Shown: in pieces, positions 27,001 to 40,539 of the stretch
How positions within the stretch are numbered: the first letter of the stretch is position 1
Layout of the letters: the number at the start of each line of letters is the position of its first letter
DNA from: Trichoplax sp. H2
Lineage: Eukaryota
Assembly: GCA_003344405.1 (NCBI GenBank)
Contig: NOWV01000133.1
Coordinates: 124,001 to 188,000, forward strand
Length of the DNA: 64,000 bases
Reading direction: 5' to 3'
Notes under the pieces: generated by a model
What the model saw: the letters and a program-made list of their open reading frames with translations, nothing else
Told to the model about the DNA's origin: nothing
Databases searched by the model: none
Translations under genes and position numbers: made by a program

Positions 27001-28649
27001 AATATCTTGCTGTTCTAATGTTCGTATCGCGTTGATGGAGGCGTGCAGCATTGGATAATAATTTCTTTTACCTAATTAGGCATTATTTTCTTCGATCATA
27101 GCGCCATAACAAATGATGTTGCTAATTAAACAATTGCTATATTGTTTTTTGATTTCATTTATAGTAGTCCTACTAGTTTCGTCTAGGAGCATCACTTCTT
27201 AATTACGCGATTTTACAGAGTACAATGTTATGTATATAGATGACTATGATAATCACCCTAAATAACATGAAAACTGTTGTTGGTTGTAGCAGAATGAATT
27301 CTGCAGTAATTGCTATTCTCGATCCTTCGGAATCATAATATCAGATTAGAATATGTTGTGTAGGCGAAGTCTCTGAACTCGCGCTATAAGCAGTTTTTCG
27401 ATTTCTAAAGTAATCAAAGGATAACACTAGCCAAAAAGATCTCTTTCTGAGTTTATTAAGAGAGTAGAGGTCTAGGGGGATTTCAAGATGCTGTAACCAC
27501 AATAACTTGAAATAGTATTATGCTTGCAACGCGATGAAAATTGATAGACCAAGTTCGCTACATTTGAATTTGCCTAGAATAAGTATGAGGCCGAAATAAC
27601 GGGTTAACTTCAATCAAAGCTAACAGTCTAGCTGGGATATTGAGTATTAATTTTAGTTAGTTGCAATGAATTTTGAACATAGTATATGATGGAGCATTTT
27701 AGATAGAGGAGAGATCTCCTCTATCTCAATTTATAAAGGCTACTGTAGATTCTAACAAACTAAGCGCTCTTTAAAATGTCCAAAGGCAGTGCACATATTA
27801 AGATTGAATATCAGCATGATTTTTTAAATGGATGGTAACATGTTAAGGTAGAATGTGAACTTTAAATATGTTTTACCGTGGTAATCAAGATATAACGCGA
27901 CGTAGCAATAATAAGGTATAACGCAGTTTTAAGTTATATCAAGTTTGTCAGCTAGATTCTAAAATATTAGATGTAACTGTTGTGACTGCGATATAAATTT
28001 AAAGATGGCTTTGGTAAAAAAACTAATTAATTTAACAATGTGACATTGTAATGTGTATTACTTCCAACCCTACAGTATCTAGTTACACAAGGAGATTTAG
28101 TTTTCTACGTAGCGGTGGTTAAAAATAATTTATTACTTGAAATATTTCGTTGAATTTTACAGTAGTAGAACTAAAGATAATGCAAATACGCACATAATTA
28201 GCTCAAAGCTATCGGCCCCTCTCCCACTCTAAGGAGTGGGCATTTTAGACCTTTCTAGGAAGGATTATTGATAAACATATTTACCCAATCCCTATTTCAG
28301 TCTATTCAAGTAATATCTTATTTTAACTTCCAATACTACTCCTTATTCTAATTAACACTTAATATGGCTCTTGCAAGTGCGAGACCCCAAGCTACGTATG
28401 ATTGCCATCCCTCACTTTGGGTCAATCATATGTCAAGTACTGAGACGTGCAACACTTAATAAGGGTGCCTCTAGCACCGCTAATCTACTATCTTATTTAC
28501 GCGGGGGCTCAGCTTAATCTAGTTTTCCTACTGATATTTAGCAGGAACTCGAAGCTTTGACATGCTATCTTGAAATACTTCATCACTGTACAGTACATAC
28601 AGACTTTAATTAATGTATGAAATCAGCTAATTTTTAATCATAACCCTAG

Positions 28650-28822
28650 CTGAGTCACTCCTGGCCGAACTAGAAGTTACTGAGGACATCAGTGAAGTTT
28701 ACGATACTGCAGATCGATTAAAATTAGACGTCGATGCAGATAATATCTCATCCTTAAAGGTTCAGATTATGCAGACTATCCTTAAACTACTGACTATTGA
28801 TAGCCAAATTACATATCAAGAT
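28650..28822 (+). pseudogene. psiP: remnant N-terminal exon of a family P gene
   Basis: Translates ESLLAELEVTEDISEVYDTADRLKLDVDADNISSLKVQI...ITYQD, homologous to the first visible exons of A, E and H. Acceptor is intact, donor reads ATAGAT instead of GT, and no downstream exons remain. Confidence 0.85.
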
Positions 28823-29563
28823 ATAGATAATTACTGCCTGATTAATTGTCTTTTACAGTATTTTGTAACGATCATTAATAATTAATAATTTCATCAATTA
28901 ATAAATCAATAACATAAGATAATCGCGTCTTAGTACCACTTTATTTTCATTTAAATCGATCATTGCTAGTAGATCATATTCAATTATGTTGCATAATGTT
29001 ATCGTATAAGTGATGCATTCTGTTAAGATAAAATTTAACATGTTATAATGTATATCCAATATGCTAATCCTGTATAGTACATTACTTTTGATATAGCATG
29101 CCGTGTGTAAAGAGTTCGATAGAGTAATCTCAATGTAACATTAATGAATGCATGAAATCAACACCGATACTATCCTGTATGGCCGTTTATGAAAATTGAG
29201 TAAATTATCAATAAAGTGACCAGTAGTTAGCTTCTAACGATAAATAAAACATCAAATATTTACGTGGTAAACACTGAGCTTATATTTTATATAATACGAT
29301 CAATCACGCAAAACTAAACCTATACAAGAAATGATCTTAAACAAAGAAATAGTCACCTTAATATTATCATTCTGACACTAATCCGACTGCCCAAAGTATA
29401 ATTATAATTTACGGAAATCGGAGTATAGTTTTACAGAAATTCCACTCAATAATTACCTTAGTATTTAAAAGAAGTTTCTTTCGATACTACCGCAAATATC
29501 TATCTTATCACTAGTGTAGATTTCAAAGAAGTAGATCGCTCTAGATAAATGGTATACTTAATT

Positions 29564-30981
29564 CTATATTTCGTCGTTATAACTTTTTAATAGCAGTTTG
29601 GTTTGTAAGAGTGTAATCATATCGAGAAACTCGATCAGTGAGAACTTCGTTTGCCTCTAAATGATGACCCATCTATCTTTGCATTTTCTCAATGGACTGC
29701 CGAATTGGCATGATATATCCTCCACAATTTTTCATAGCTATACCTTCATTGGCTAATTCTAAAATAATTTTAGGAGCATTTTTTACCAATGAAAGAAAAA
29801 TCCGATTTCTCTGCCCAGTAAAATTTGTTGACAGTAGTGTACCTGTTGCTGCAACTAAGCCAACTAAGGAAATAACAAATCCGATGCCAGCTATTATAGT
29901 ACCATCAATTATTCCTCCAGTAACAAGGGCATGAGCTCCTTCAGCTATAGAACTCTCAGTTAGAGCAAATGCAATACCACCGGTAACAGTTCTCGCCACA
30001 ACATTAAACCAAAAAGCAATCTTTAGAATAATGTAGTTCACATATACATGTGGTTATATACAAATGAACAACCGGCAGCACTAATTCGTTTAAGATTAAA
30101 TTAACGATGCTAATTTTTCCAGAACTTATTTCTCCTAAGACGTACAGAAGAAAATATTAACTGTTACTACATCTACAAAAGAATCTAATTAGAGACAAGC
30201 ATGTAAATGCACAGGATGCGTTTCAATGGTTATTAGCTTAATAATTCAGTATTAAGTATATTTTTTGCACCTGCCACTAGGATTTGATATTCCATATTGC
30301 ATAAATATTGAATATGCTCTTTGATACTTTCTAAATACTGTTCATCGAAACGTTCGACTATGTCAATAAGTTCTGGTTCTAATTTTTGAAGGACAAGCTG
30401 ACTTGTCCTTTCTAACAATCTAATTGTTTCTAATTTTACTTTCTCAAATTTAGCAATAACTTCTTTGATTCCTTAAGCAAGCTATAGTCGTTAGGGAAAT
30501 CAGATATTACAGCATAATTTGACGAGCGTATTGCACAATGCATGTTAAATCAATTTATATAAACTTTGGTAAAAATAAAATTTTTCTTTAACTATTAAAA
30601 TTACAGATTATTTAAAGAGATGTTGGTAATTAATTAATAAGTAGAGATGATTTACATCAATTTATATCGTCATAAATAATTTCAGCTCCTATTTTTATAC
30701 ACTTTCAAATAAAACTTTACTATTTACTTCAATAAATTTACGTAATTCTAGAATCAAATATTAACAAGAGTAAAAGATTGGAAAGAATTTTTATAGCACT
30801 TGCAGAAGAATGTTTATAATTTGTAATTGTATGATCCCTTAGAAGCAAACTAATACGTTCTTTAAAATCGTCCACGGATTTTAATCCCTTTGTATTGATG
30901 TTGTACTTCCTACTATTAGCCATAGCAGCTTTGAAGTCATTTATTTTTAAAGATCTCATCATGAGTTTTGATACCAGCCAT
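29564..30981 (-). pseudogene. psiD: family Z pseudogene with large internal deletion
   Basis: Exon 1 (30981-30804) is 178 nt vs 177 in paralogs (frameshift) with a GC donor. Exon 2 (30481-30271) has TAA at codon 3. Exon 3 from 30134 has a degenerate P-loop GEISSGKI and joins directly (~30015) to the glycine-zipper part of exon 6; the G3 and G4 exons are missing. Confidence 0.9.
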
Positions 30982-31889
30982 TTTAGTTGTTAAAGGTAGT
31001 TCTAATAATCAGAAGCTTGCCAGTTTCTTCTATTATGCCAAAAATATAAATTTTAAAAACTGAACGCCTTAAATTAACGTCTTGAATCATGCACCTTTTT
31101 TAAGATTTAGATATATATCAGCGTGTAGAATATTTATTAAAATACAGAATTGATAGCTTTCGAAGTCATTTCTAGTAATACTCTGAGGTAGTTAAAGTAG
31201 TGCACTCGCTTAGGAATTGGAGGAAAATTAGTTTTCTATTACACATATCAATCTAAATGCCATATTGTAAAGGTTTAAAATTTCTCGCTTATAAATCCTA
31301 TGCAGATATATCTTTATATGAATAGGAAAAGCAGAGCAAAATTATAATCGGTTGGTATAGTACATGTATTCCGATAAAGAGGTAGAAACAATGTTTTAAT
31401 TTTGCAATTGTTTTCCTCAAAATCACGACAGATTTACAAACCGAAACTTTAATCCTGTATTGAAGATAAAATGTTATTCTGACAAAGTCCCACAAAACTC
31501 CAAATCTCTAGCTGGTTAAGAACTTGCCCCGTTCGTCTTACCATATATTTATTTAAGATTTATGTAGCCATTTGTGGCTTACACTAAAAATCATACATGG
31601 TAATATTTTTATCATCTTATGGTACCCTTATCTTTAAGAGTCTAATATCATAAATTACCGTAGACAACCAGCGGAAACTTGTAATAAATTGAGTATCATA
31701 CATTAGTGTCTGTAATTACCTTAAATTACGTAGTAACCTTTGAAGTTTAATATATCTGAACTACGTTTCCTTTATTGAAGTGCGTAATACAAGTGTATTT
31801 ATATGATTCATTTACGATAAAATAAATCACTTAATGATATCTAGAATTTCAAAACTATAACTACTAGTAGAGTTTACGTTGTTCAAAAG

Positions 31890-32450
31890 TACACCAGCAG
31901 AAGGTTGAAATAGTAAGCGACGCATCACGTTCATACTGTACGGTATATACGTAGTAGACATGTCGGTTAGTAAGCTAAATAATAAGTTTTAAACAGTATT
32001 TCAAATCTAGCAAAATTAATATAATTGTATTAAAGTATTTCGATGATTACAATGTATCAAACCAGCACAACGAGAGATATGTAACATCCGGATCTTAACG
32101 ATTTAAGATTATCAACCTAAATAGTCAATTTTGTGTCTTCATACGCGAATTACTAATATTTGAAGTGCATTCAACTGATCCCGTTGCATTAAAATTATGC
32201 AATGAAATAAAATTCTTTCTATTAGCTCTATCTAGAACAATAGCACATGGTGACTAATTTGAAGATCAATATAAAGGCGTCATGCCGAGGATTGTCGAGC
32301 AAATTGTTTCCGATCTATTGGCGTTATATGCGTCTGATAATCAATTCAACCTAGAAGACGAGACGCTTTCAATAACTGCCTTAGGCAATGAAATTTTAGT
32401 GGATCTTTAGCCAAATTGAATTTGGTAGTCCTTCCACAAGGTAATGCTAC
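31890..32450 (-). pseudogene. Heavily decayed coding-like segment, paralogous to ~26430-27000
   Basis: Colinear nucleotide similarity (cagcag(c/a)aggttgaa, tgaagatcaat, gtcctyc) and an alignable minus-strand frame with stops. Confidence 0.35.
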
Positions 32451-35235
32451 AATAAAAAAAATTGATTTTACTATTTTAGCACGTTTATTTACCATGGATG
32501 GAAACTTACAGTCAAGAGTGATTAAAAGATCACTTCATTTATTAATTCAATTAAACTATCATTCTCATTTAATTAATAATCGTACCATACCTTTAAATTT
32601 GTTATGAATGATGAAATATCCTAATTTACCTTAATCCAGCCTTAACACGAGCCACTCTTTACTACGATGGTAGCAATTACATGGGAAACGACTAGGGATG
32701 CTGATGAAATTATCGTTATCACCGATCTATTCACTTTGAGCATCGATGGAGACGATAATTGCCCTTGGGCAATATTTATTCTATTTGCTGTCATAATGAT
32801 ATACATCATACAGTGTACGACACTTGCAGATACGGTAACTTATCATATAGCGTATTTTTCTATTTCGCATTGCATTCGCCAATTCTAAACTTTACTGTAT
32901 TATACTAAAGAGTACAATCATTTGCGAATATCAAACCATCTCGACACGCATTATAGTTAATCCTGCTGTAGTGTTACTTAGTAAATTAGTTCCATTCCAA
33001 AAGGCTTCATAATACCGCTGATTTCAACCCCTAACTTGTTGCACGTATTGTAAAAATACGAAAGCTCAAAAAATAGAAATGGCAATTCTATTCACTTAAA
33101 ATGTTAATTTCATTTAACAATAGCGCGGTAATAAGTAAAGTATCATGTGGTGATCACATTTATTTTCGATACTATTTATGGCCTTCTCGATAAGAAATCA
33201 TTAGTATTCATCTTATTATTATTGTTTTCTATATATTGGTTATATTCATTAAAATTAAATTAGTCCAACTTAAATGTATGCATAGGGACGGAAGTATCCA
33301 GAAAATTGCTATCAAAAGTATTAATATTGGTTGCTAAAATGGAGAGCACAGGTACTGTTGCATTTCTAAAGATTTAATTTATAATCTTTTGGCAACATAT
33401 TTATAAAAAAGAGGATACAGATAGTTCATAAATTGCTCTTTGATACTGGAAAAAGGGTAAAGTAGTAATACCGATTCACTGCTAGTACCATAAGCTGCTG
33501 CTCTAGATGCTCTTAAATTGCTCTTCGTAGAAACTGTTATACAGATTAAATTTTCAGCCTAATGCTACTTTGATCTTATCGCAAATACTAACCGATTACT
33601 ATCACTACTTGTTTATACAAAAAATTACTATATTATCAGTACATTCATGTAAAGTTGTACGAGAGAGACATTTTAGTAAATAATAAGCATATAGGTATAG
33701 AATCCAATACTAAATATAGCCAAGAATCAAAATTGAAAGGTTGTGAGAGAATAGTCCAAGCTGTGCTTTAGATTGTGAGACGATACTAGTGTCTCCTATA
33801 TTTGTAGATGATATTTTAAGGCACGTACTGGATCTATCCTACTGCAATGCTTGCTTGTATTGCAACACTGATATCTTAATAGATTCTATTGGGTTATTTG
33901 GAATTTGAAAGATTTACTGTCGCGATTTCATTAAAAGTACTTGCTATAACATTTTTGAGACACTATTACAACATAAAAATTTACTAAATTAGCTCTGTAG
34001 CGTTCAAAATTATTTTGATTACCTACACAAGTAGACATAGAATAAATAATACTACTTCATGATATCATTTATGAATAGATAAAGGTCAGAAATCCTATAT
34101 TTTGATATTATCTAGTATTGAATGTTTTTTAAATGTCAAACCCACTGTGAATGCGAGGATAGTGCATATGATAAATGCAAAAGTAACTTCTCAAAAAGGC
34201 AAAAAAGAAACTTAGACTAAAAGCTTATTCTGAGATGCGAATACAGCAAACTTTAATAAAGACTAATATAACTTTATGCTGCTATAATAATTTCATTAGT
34301 TATATAAGAATAAAATATAGTATATAAGATAACAGGCAATTTTAAGGAAGGTTAATTTTAAAATTTTCCCTTACAGCCATTATTGCATAAAGCTGTATTG
34401 TTTTTCCAGTTTCAGATTTACGCTTACCGATCGTAGTTGCATTTGTACCATACTAGACTCTGTAGTTGATAATTGTAGATAAAACGCCCTTATAGCTAGA
34501 TTAGGATTACACTATTAATTTAGTGACATTAAGTAATTAAGGGCAGTTTGCAAAATGACAGATTTCGCATACGGTCTCGTTCATATTAAAGGAATAGTAA
34601 TACTCTTCAAAAATTAATATCAGTAGTGCATGTTAAGTAGCTGTGAAGTTATGCAGATATAAAATGCTCCGTATATTCAGTTGTAAGTAATTCAGTTTTG
34701 TATTTTATTTTTTGCTTATTAGATTGATGGAGACATTATCAACGTGTCTCCTTCTGATTTATACGCATATTGCACTCATTGCTCGCTGTATCTTCGTGTA
34801 TTTATTGATTCTTATTAGTTTAATAGGCATTTTCTTATAAATTACGTAAGTTCAACGTAATGACACCGCAGTTGTAGTAGAAAAGATCATTTTATTATTT
34901 CTCTTTAAATCCCTAAAATACGTTAGGAAATCTACAATCTTCTACTTATGGTTTATTCCAAACTTTAATAAATTACCATAAATTTCGTTACCGGTATAGA
35001 TGTTATTATAATTAATTAATAGTATTAGAAATGTAGTAAAATTGGATCCTAAGCTTTAATCAGGTACTGTTGCGATTATGACTTGGTAAATTTTTATGCA
35101 TGATTAATTGATTTAAAATTATTCAAATAGTCAACATTCGTATGGTGTGTTATTCGGTTTTACACGATATATTCGTAAATCTCGATCGTACAATAAAAAA
35201 GGAAGATTCTAAGTTTCCTCTATCTGATCTAATAG

Positions 35236-38200
35236 TCCAATCACTCCTAAGTGAACTGGAAGCAGCAAATGATATCAAAGCAATTTTCGATCTTGCAGAA
35301 AAGCTGAACTTAGACGATGTCGATGGAGATGATATTTTACTATTAAAAATTCAAGTTAGGGAACACATATTCAAACTACAACCTAGTACGGATCAAACCA
35401 CATTCTCTGACGTGAGTAATACAATCTTTGTATACTAAATTATGAAGACAATCATTAGCATACTACATAGCTTAAATAAATGTTTTACTTCGAACATGTT
35501 TGGAATGATACATCCAATATTTACAAAGTCAGTTATATTAGCATTTATTATGATATACAAAATAAAAAATGAAAGGTTAAAGTACTTTAAACCAAGTAAA
35601 ATGCAATCCAAGACATAATTCTGATAATGTAAAGCCATTAAGTATATATATCTTATGTAGCAGATCTATCGTATTATCGTTCTGATAGATGTCAAAATAT
35701 AGGATATAATTACGAAATAAAATAAGTCATAGCCGATCGGAAGCGTTATTAATTTCATTTTAAATAAATAAAAGAAATTCCGCTAAAGAATTTATTAACT
35801 GAATAATCTTAAAAATGATCGGATATACCTGGAGTATTTTCTATGAGTACTTTAATACCCTAAAATTATTGAGGCTTTAATCTTTAGAATTAGTACAATA
35901 TTGTCAGCTATTTGTTGTGTTATATATGTAATCAGACTAAATATGATACGCTAAGGCCTATGATTTACTACTGCAGTAAAATACATCAGTTTTCCAGATA
36001 CTGTATAGAAAAATTCAAACGAAAATGATACTTGCCTATAAACTGCACAAATAAATTTAACAATACTTATCGTAGCAGCGACTACACTTATGAAGGTGAT
36101 TAAACGGATCTTTGAGTGATCATAATTGTTAAACATACATTAATCTTTTATCGCCTTGCCAGTCTTATATCTAATATGATTTTAAAGCAAGTATTTAATT
36201 AGTAGCCATCAGATATATGATGTACAAAGACTTTGTTACTCATCCAAGATGATGTTTAAACTTTCACGCTACCAACTATTGCCTATTCTGCCTCATTAAC
36301 TTCTTATAAGAAGTTGAGAAATTAAATAGTAGAACCATTAATACTGAAGAAACGAGAAATATTCTATCTAATCTTTACAAAGATACGAAATCTCTAGCAG
36401 AAAAATTTGATAAATCCCTTGACAGCGAAACAGATTACCCTCAGAAGACAAATGTGGAGAAAATGCAATGTGATGAGTCGTCGTTGCTAGAAGAATTTAG
36501 GTATCCAATTCTTGTTATAGGTAGCATTTGTTTTACCTAACCGTCTCTGATAATTTTACAACATTAAAGATCTATTTAGAGATGCTTTTGCAGTAGAATG
36601 TAAACTGGTATTTTAATTATGCCTTTATACCATAGAGTAATCATATCTTTATTTAAATTGCTAACACCGTATTCAACGAAAATTTTAATGGACTTCTAAT
36701 CATATTTTAGGTGAAACTAGTGCTGGAAAATCCTCCTTTCTAAACTATCTACTTGGCATTGACATATTATCAGTTCATACGTTAAGTTGTACTAACAAAA
36801 TATGTGAGTTAACGTATGGCAAGGAACCTCAAATTAAAATTATAGATACCTCGGATGGTAGACTTATCAAATCCAAAATTTGGACATCAGAAAATGAGCA
36901 AACTGCTATTCAAGAAATTCGATCGATAATTACAGAAGCAGGCCTCATTAAAGACTCCGGTACGGATAATCGAATTCAAGTTAATGAGATTAGCATCAAT
37001 TTGTTAATTAGAATATATTGGCCATCTGAAATTTTGAAGGTAACATGAAAGTAATCTAATGACTTGAATTTGAATATATAGAATCGTACTCCATACCTAC
37101 ATCCCTTTTAATCATGAGTCGTTTATCTACCTAGAAAGTGATCAAATATTTGTCTTTTCAAGATTAACTATCCTTTCAGTGTAGAATTTTCAAATCTAAG
37201 ATCTAATAAAATAATTAATTGTAATTTAATTTTTTCTATAATAATTACCATTATAGCATATTTAATCCTATGCAGCGATTTCTGTCTACGAAAAATACTT
37301 GTGAACAGTTATAGTTCATCACTTCCATCACTTTATATGGTCTACGGAATTGCTACTTAATTGAACAATTTTTCTGTAGGGTGGTCTACAAATTGTTGAT
37401 AGTCCAGGATTTGGTGAGCAAGTAGAACTGCCACACGTTCTGAAAAACTATATCTATAAAGCTGTTAGTTACATCTTTGTTATCAATTCTGCCAATGCTG
37501 GAGGAATTCAGGAGGAGAGGGTAAAGTATAGTCTTATCTATTGACATTAAACATAAAGAAAAACGGTTCGATAATAGCCTACTTAATTATTGATCACAGT
37601 TTAACCCATGTAATTTTGTTTCAGCTGCAGCAAGTGTTAGTTCGAATATCTAGCACTTTAAGGCAGGAAGGGTATCTAAATTTTAATCCATCTATGGCAA
37701 TATTTATTTGCAACAAATGGGACACTGTACCTGTAGACGAGAGAAAATGTGTAAAAGATGACAGTTTGCAAAGGTTGAAACGGTGCTGGCCAGGTATAAT
37801 GGAATCTCAAGTAGTATTCTTATCCTGTGTTGAATTATTGAAAGCTAAGACTGCCAACTATAATGGAATATTGCCACAAGAAGCTGTGCAGCTATTTAAA
37901 CTGCTTTATAATTTGATTCCAATTAGTCATAAACAAAAACTATCCAGATTATACAGGTATGCATACCCGCTTAATCTTAAATTTTCAAAATAAATCTAAG
38001 ATAATAAGCCATTCGATTTAATTTTAAATGTTATCATTTATCAGCTGTTAAATTTTCAAATGATGGACTACGTTACTTAATTTTACAGCTTCATCGTTGC
38101 TTTCGTTGAAGAAGTAAAAGAAACTTGTCGATACTATCTGGAGCTCATGGAAAGCGAGTTAAAGGAAAACCAAATAAAATTACAACGGTTAGCGAAAACA

Positions 38201-40539
38201 ACGCAATTATGCATCACAGAATTGTCTGTGGAAAAGAATAAAATAATCGACAGAATTGTTGATAAATATGTGAAACACATTAAAAGTGCTGATATTGAAG
38301 GTTTAACCACTTGGTCAGAGGATGATTTCTCAAATGAAGAATTTGATGAAGATAATTTGAAGAAACTACAAGAGTGTGCTGCTACTAAAATTCAGGAACG
38401 ATTAAATATTTATTTGCAACCTGCTGTTCAACAAATACAGAAAGATCTCTATATCGAAAAGGATTCGTTATTAGAAAAGCTCACTACTAGACTAAACAAA
38501 ATCAATGATCAGGTTCAGCTCAGATTAGTTGAACAGTCTGGAAAGGAAAATAAATTGCAAACGATTCATTTCGACTCAGATTCAAGAATTGGATATTCAA
38601 ATTTCTCAGAATTGTACGGGTTCTATGATGTATGGGCTGATATGAATGCTGCGAAAAAAGTTACATTGGTTCTCACTAGTCCAGTGTGGATGGCTCCTGT
38701 ATTTATAGCCAGATCGATATACCTTATTGCGATGCTAATAAAAAGTCAAAATCATCAAGAAGAGATTCAGGAATTTAAACAAAATAAAGCTAGAAAAATG
38801 AAAGAGTATACATTCATAGTTCTTGAACATATTAGTTCAGAAGATTTTGCTAGAAAATTTATTGTTGATACCTTTGATTCATTAGTAAATTCACTATTGA
38901 TTAGCGTTAAAAAGAATATATTAGAATCATGCCAGTGTAGAGAGGAGGCTATTAAGAAAGTTTTAAAAGATAAGCGACCAGCTAAAGAACGCAGTAGACT
39001 CTATCGGCCAATTAAAAGACAAGCTGAAAATTTATTAGCAAAATTAAAGAACTTTTATTTGCAACACTTAAGTGAATCATCGATTAAATTCGAAAATCTT
39101 CATGGATTTTGCGAAGAATCCGTTCCATTATCCTTTGGATTAAAAGTAAATTTATACCGGGCGAAATTTCAAAGAAATGGTCAATTGACTCCTGCTATAA
39201 TCCAAGTTCCTGTTGATAAATCCGCGCACTCAATGCATGATTTTATCAGCGATTGCCAAATTATTAAGTAAGATATGATATTCGTTACTAAGAATAATGC
39301 AGCAAAATGAAAATTAAAATTTAATGATATTGTTTGCTTACCTTGAAAAATTATTGATTGATAAACTACTGTGTAATTATAAATAATAACTTCTACCATT
39401 ACGTTCTGATTGATAATTAAATTCATTATACTATTTCTGATTATAAATAAATTAATCTTAAAATAAGATCACAAGAATCGCAATATTTCGCCAAATTTCT
39501 TGGTATTTACTATACTCCATCGCCCACAATAACGCCTATTGGAATTTTTGAAAATTCAATTTTAACCCTTCAAGACTTAATCCTAAACGATCAAACGATT
39601 GTCAGTGACACAGATAAAGATTTGACTAGATTAAAGAAGATTTATTTTATGGTTAATCAGATTATACAAGGTATCATGTATTTACATAAAAGTAAACTAA
39701 TCCATGCCCATTTGACAGCTGGAAACATATTAGTAAATTGTACTGCTAAACAATCTCACAACTATAAGTATAGTGCACTATGGATACTTCAGACATTAGC
39801 TTGTAAAGTAGTTCAAGAGTAACAACATACCAGTTTTTCTAGATATCTACCTTAATAAATTAAAAATATCTAAATTTGGTCATGGTGCAGACAGTAATTT
39901 TTTTAGTGATTAAGATTGTCCAATGTCGACTTATATTAAGCGATCTATTATTTATTGTAATAGATTATTTTCCGAGAAGATCAACTCGAATTAAAACTGT
40001 GTCATGCAACGACAGAATCTACACTCTATCAATGCAATAATTTCGAAAAATCAACAATTCACTATTATTTGGCTCCTGAAGTCTTAAAATGTAAGTGTAT
40101 ACATATATATATATATAATAGCTAATTAGCTAAAGTTATAGATATATAAAAGAATCGGTAACTTTATTTATACTATCCTAATTTCTGATATAGATCAAGT
40201 AATTTAATATGAGCAAATATTTTATCACAAACTTAGCCCATCGTATTTTATTCTATGCGATTAGATAATAGTTATGAAGAAGCTTTAGATATTTACAGCT
40301 TAGCCATCTTATTTTGGGAGATTTGGTATTGGAAATTAATCGCTAATGCGTTTAACTGGAATATTGGTACTGATCACGATCAAAAGATAAAAGATTTATT
40401 TGCAACAAATGAACTTGTTCCTAAGCTTCATGAAGATATGAGCAATATATGTGCCGATTCCCTAGCTATTGATCCAGAAAGGAGACCGGATATTAAATCT
40501 TGGCACCATAAGCTAGAGGAGGCGTTAAAGTCTCATTGA
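35236..40539 (+). CDS. Gene E (family P): dynamin-like GTPase-pseudokinase, ~1010 aa; start exon not identified, one acceptor non-canonical
   Basis: Exons 35236-35411, ~36310-36520, 36711-37039, 37380-37520, 37625-37956, 38089-39267, 39468-39732, 39964-40090, 40265-40539. GETSAGKS, DSPG, NKWD; IHAHLTAGNIL, YLAPE, DIYSLAILFWEI. Confidence 0.85.

Noticed and set aside
35142-35235. ATG at 35142 as the start of gene E
   Set aside because: Paralogs show an acceptor at the equivalent of 35235 and no homologous upstream coding sequence; the true first exon was not identified.
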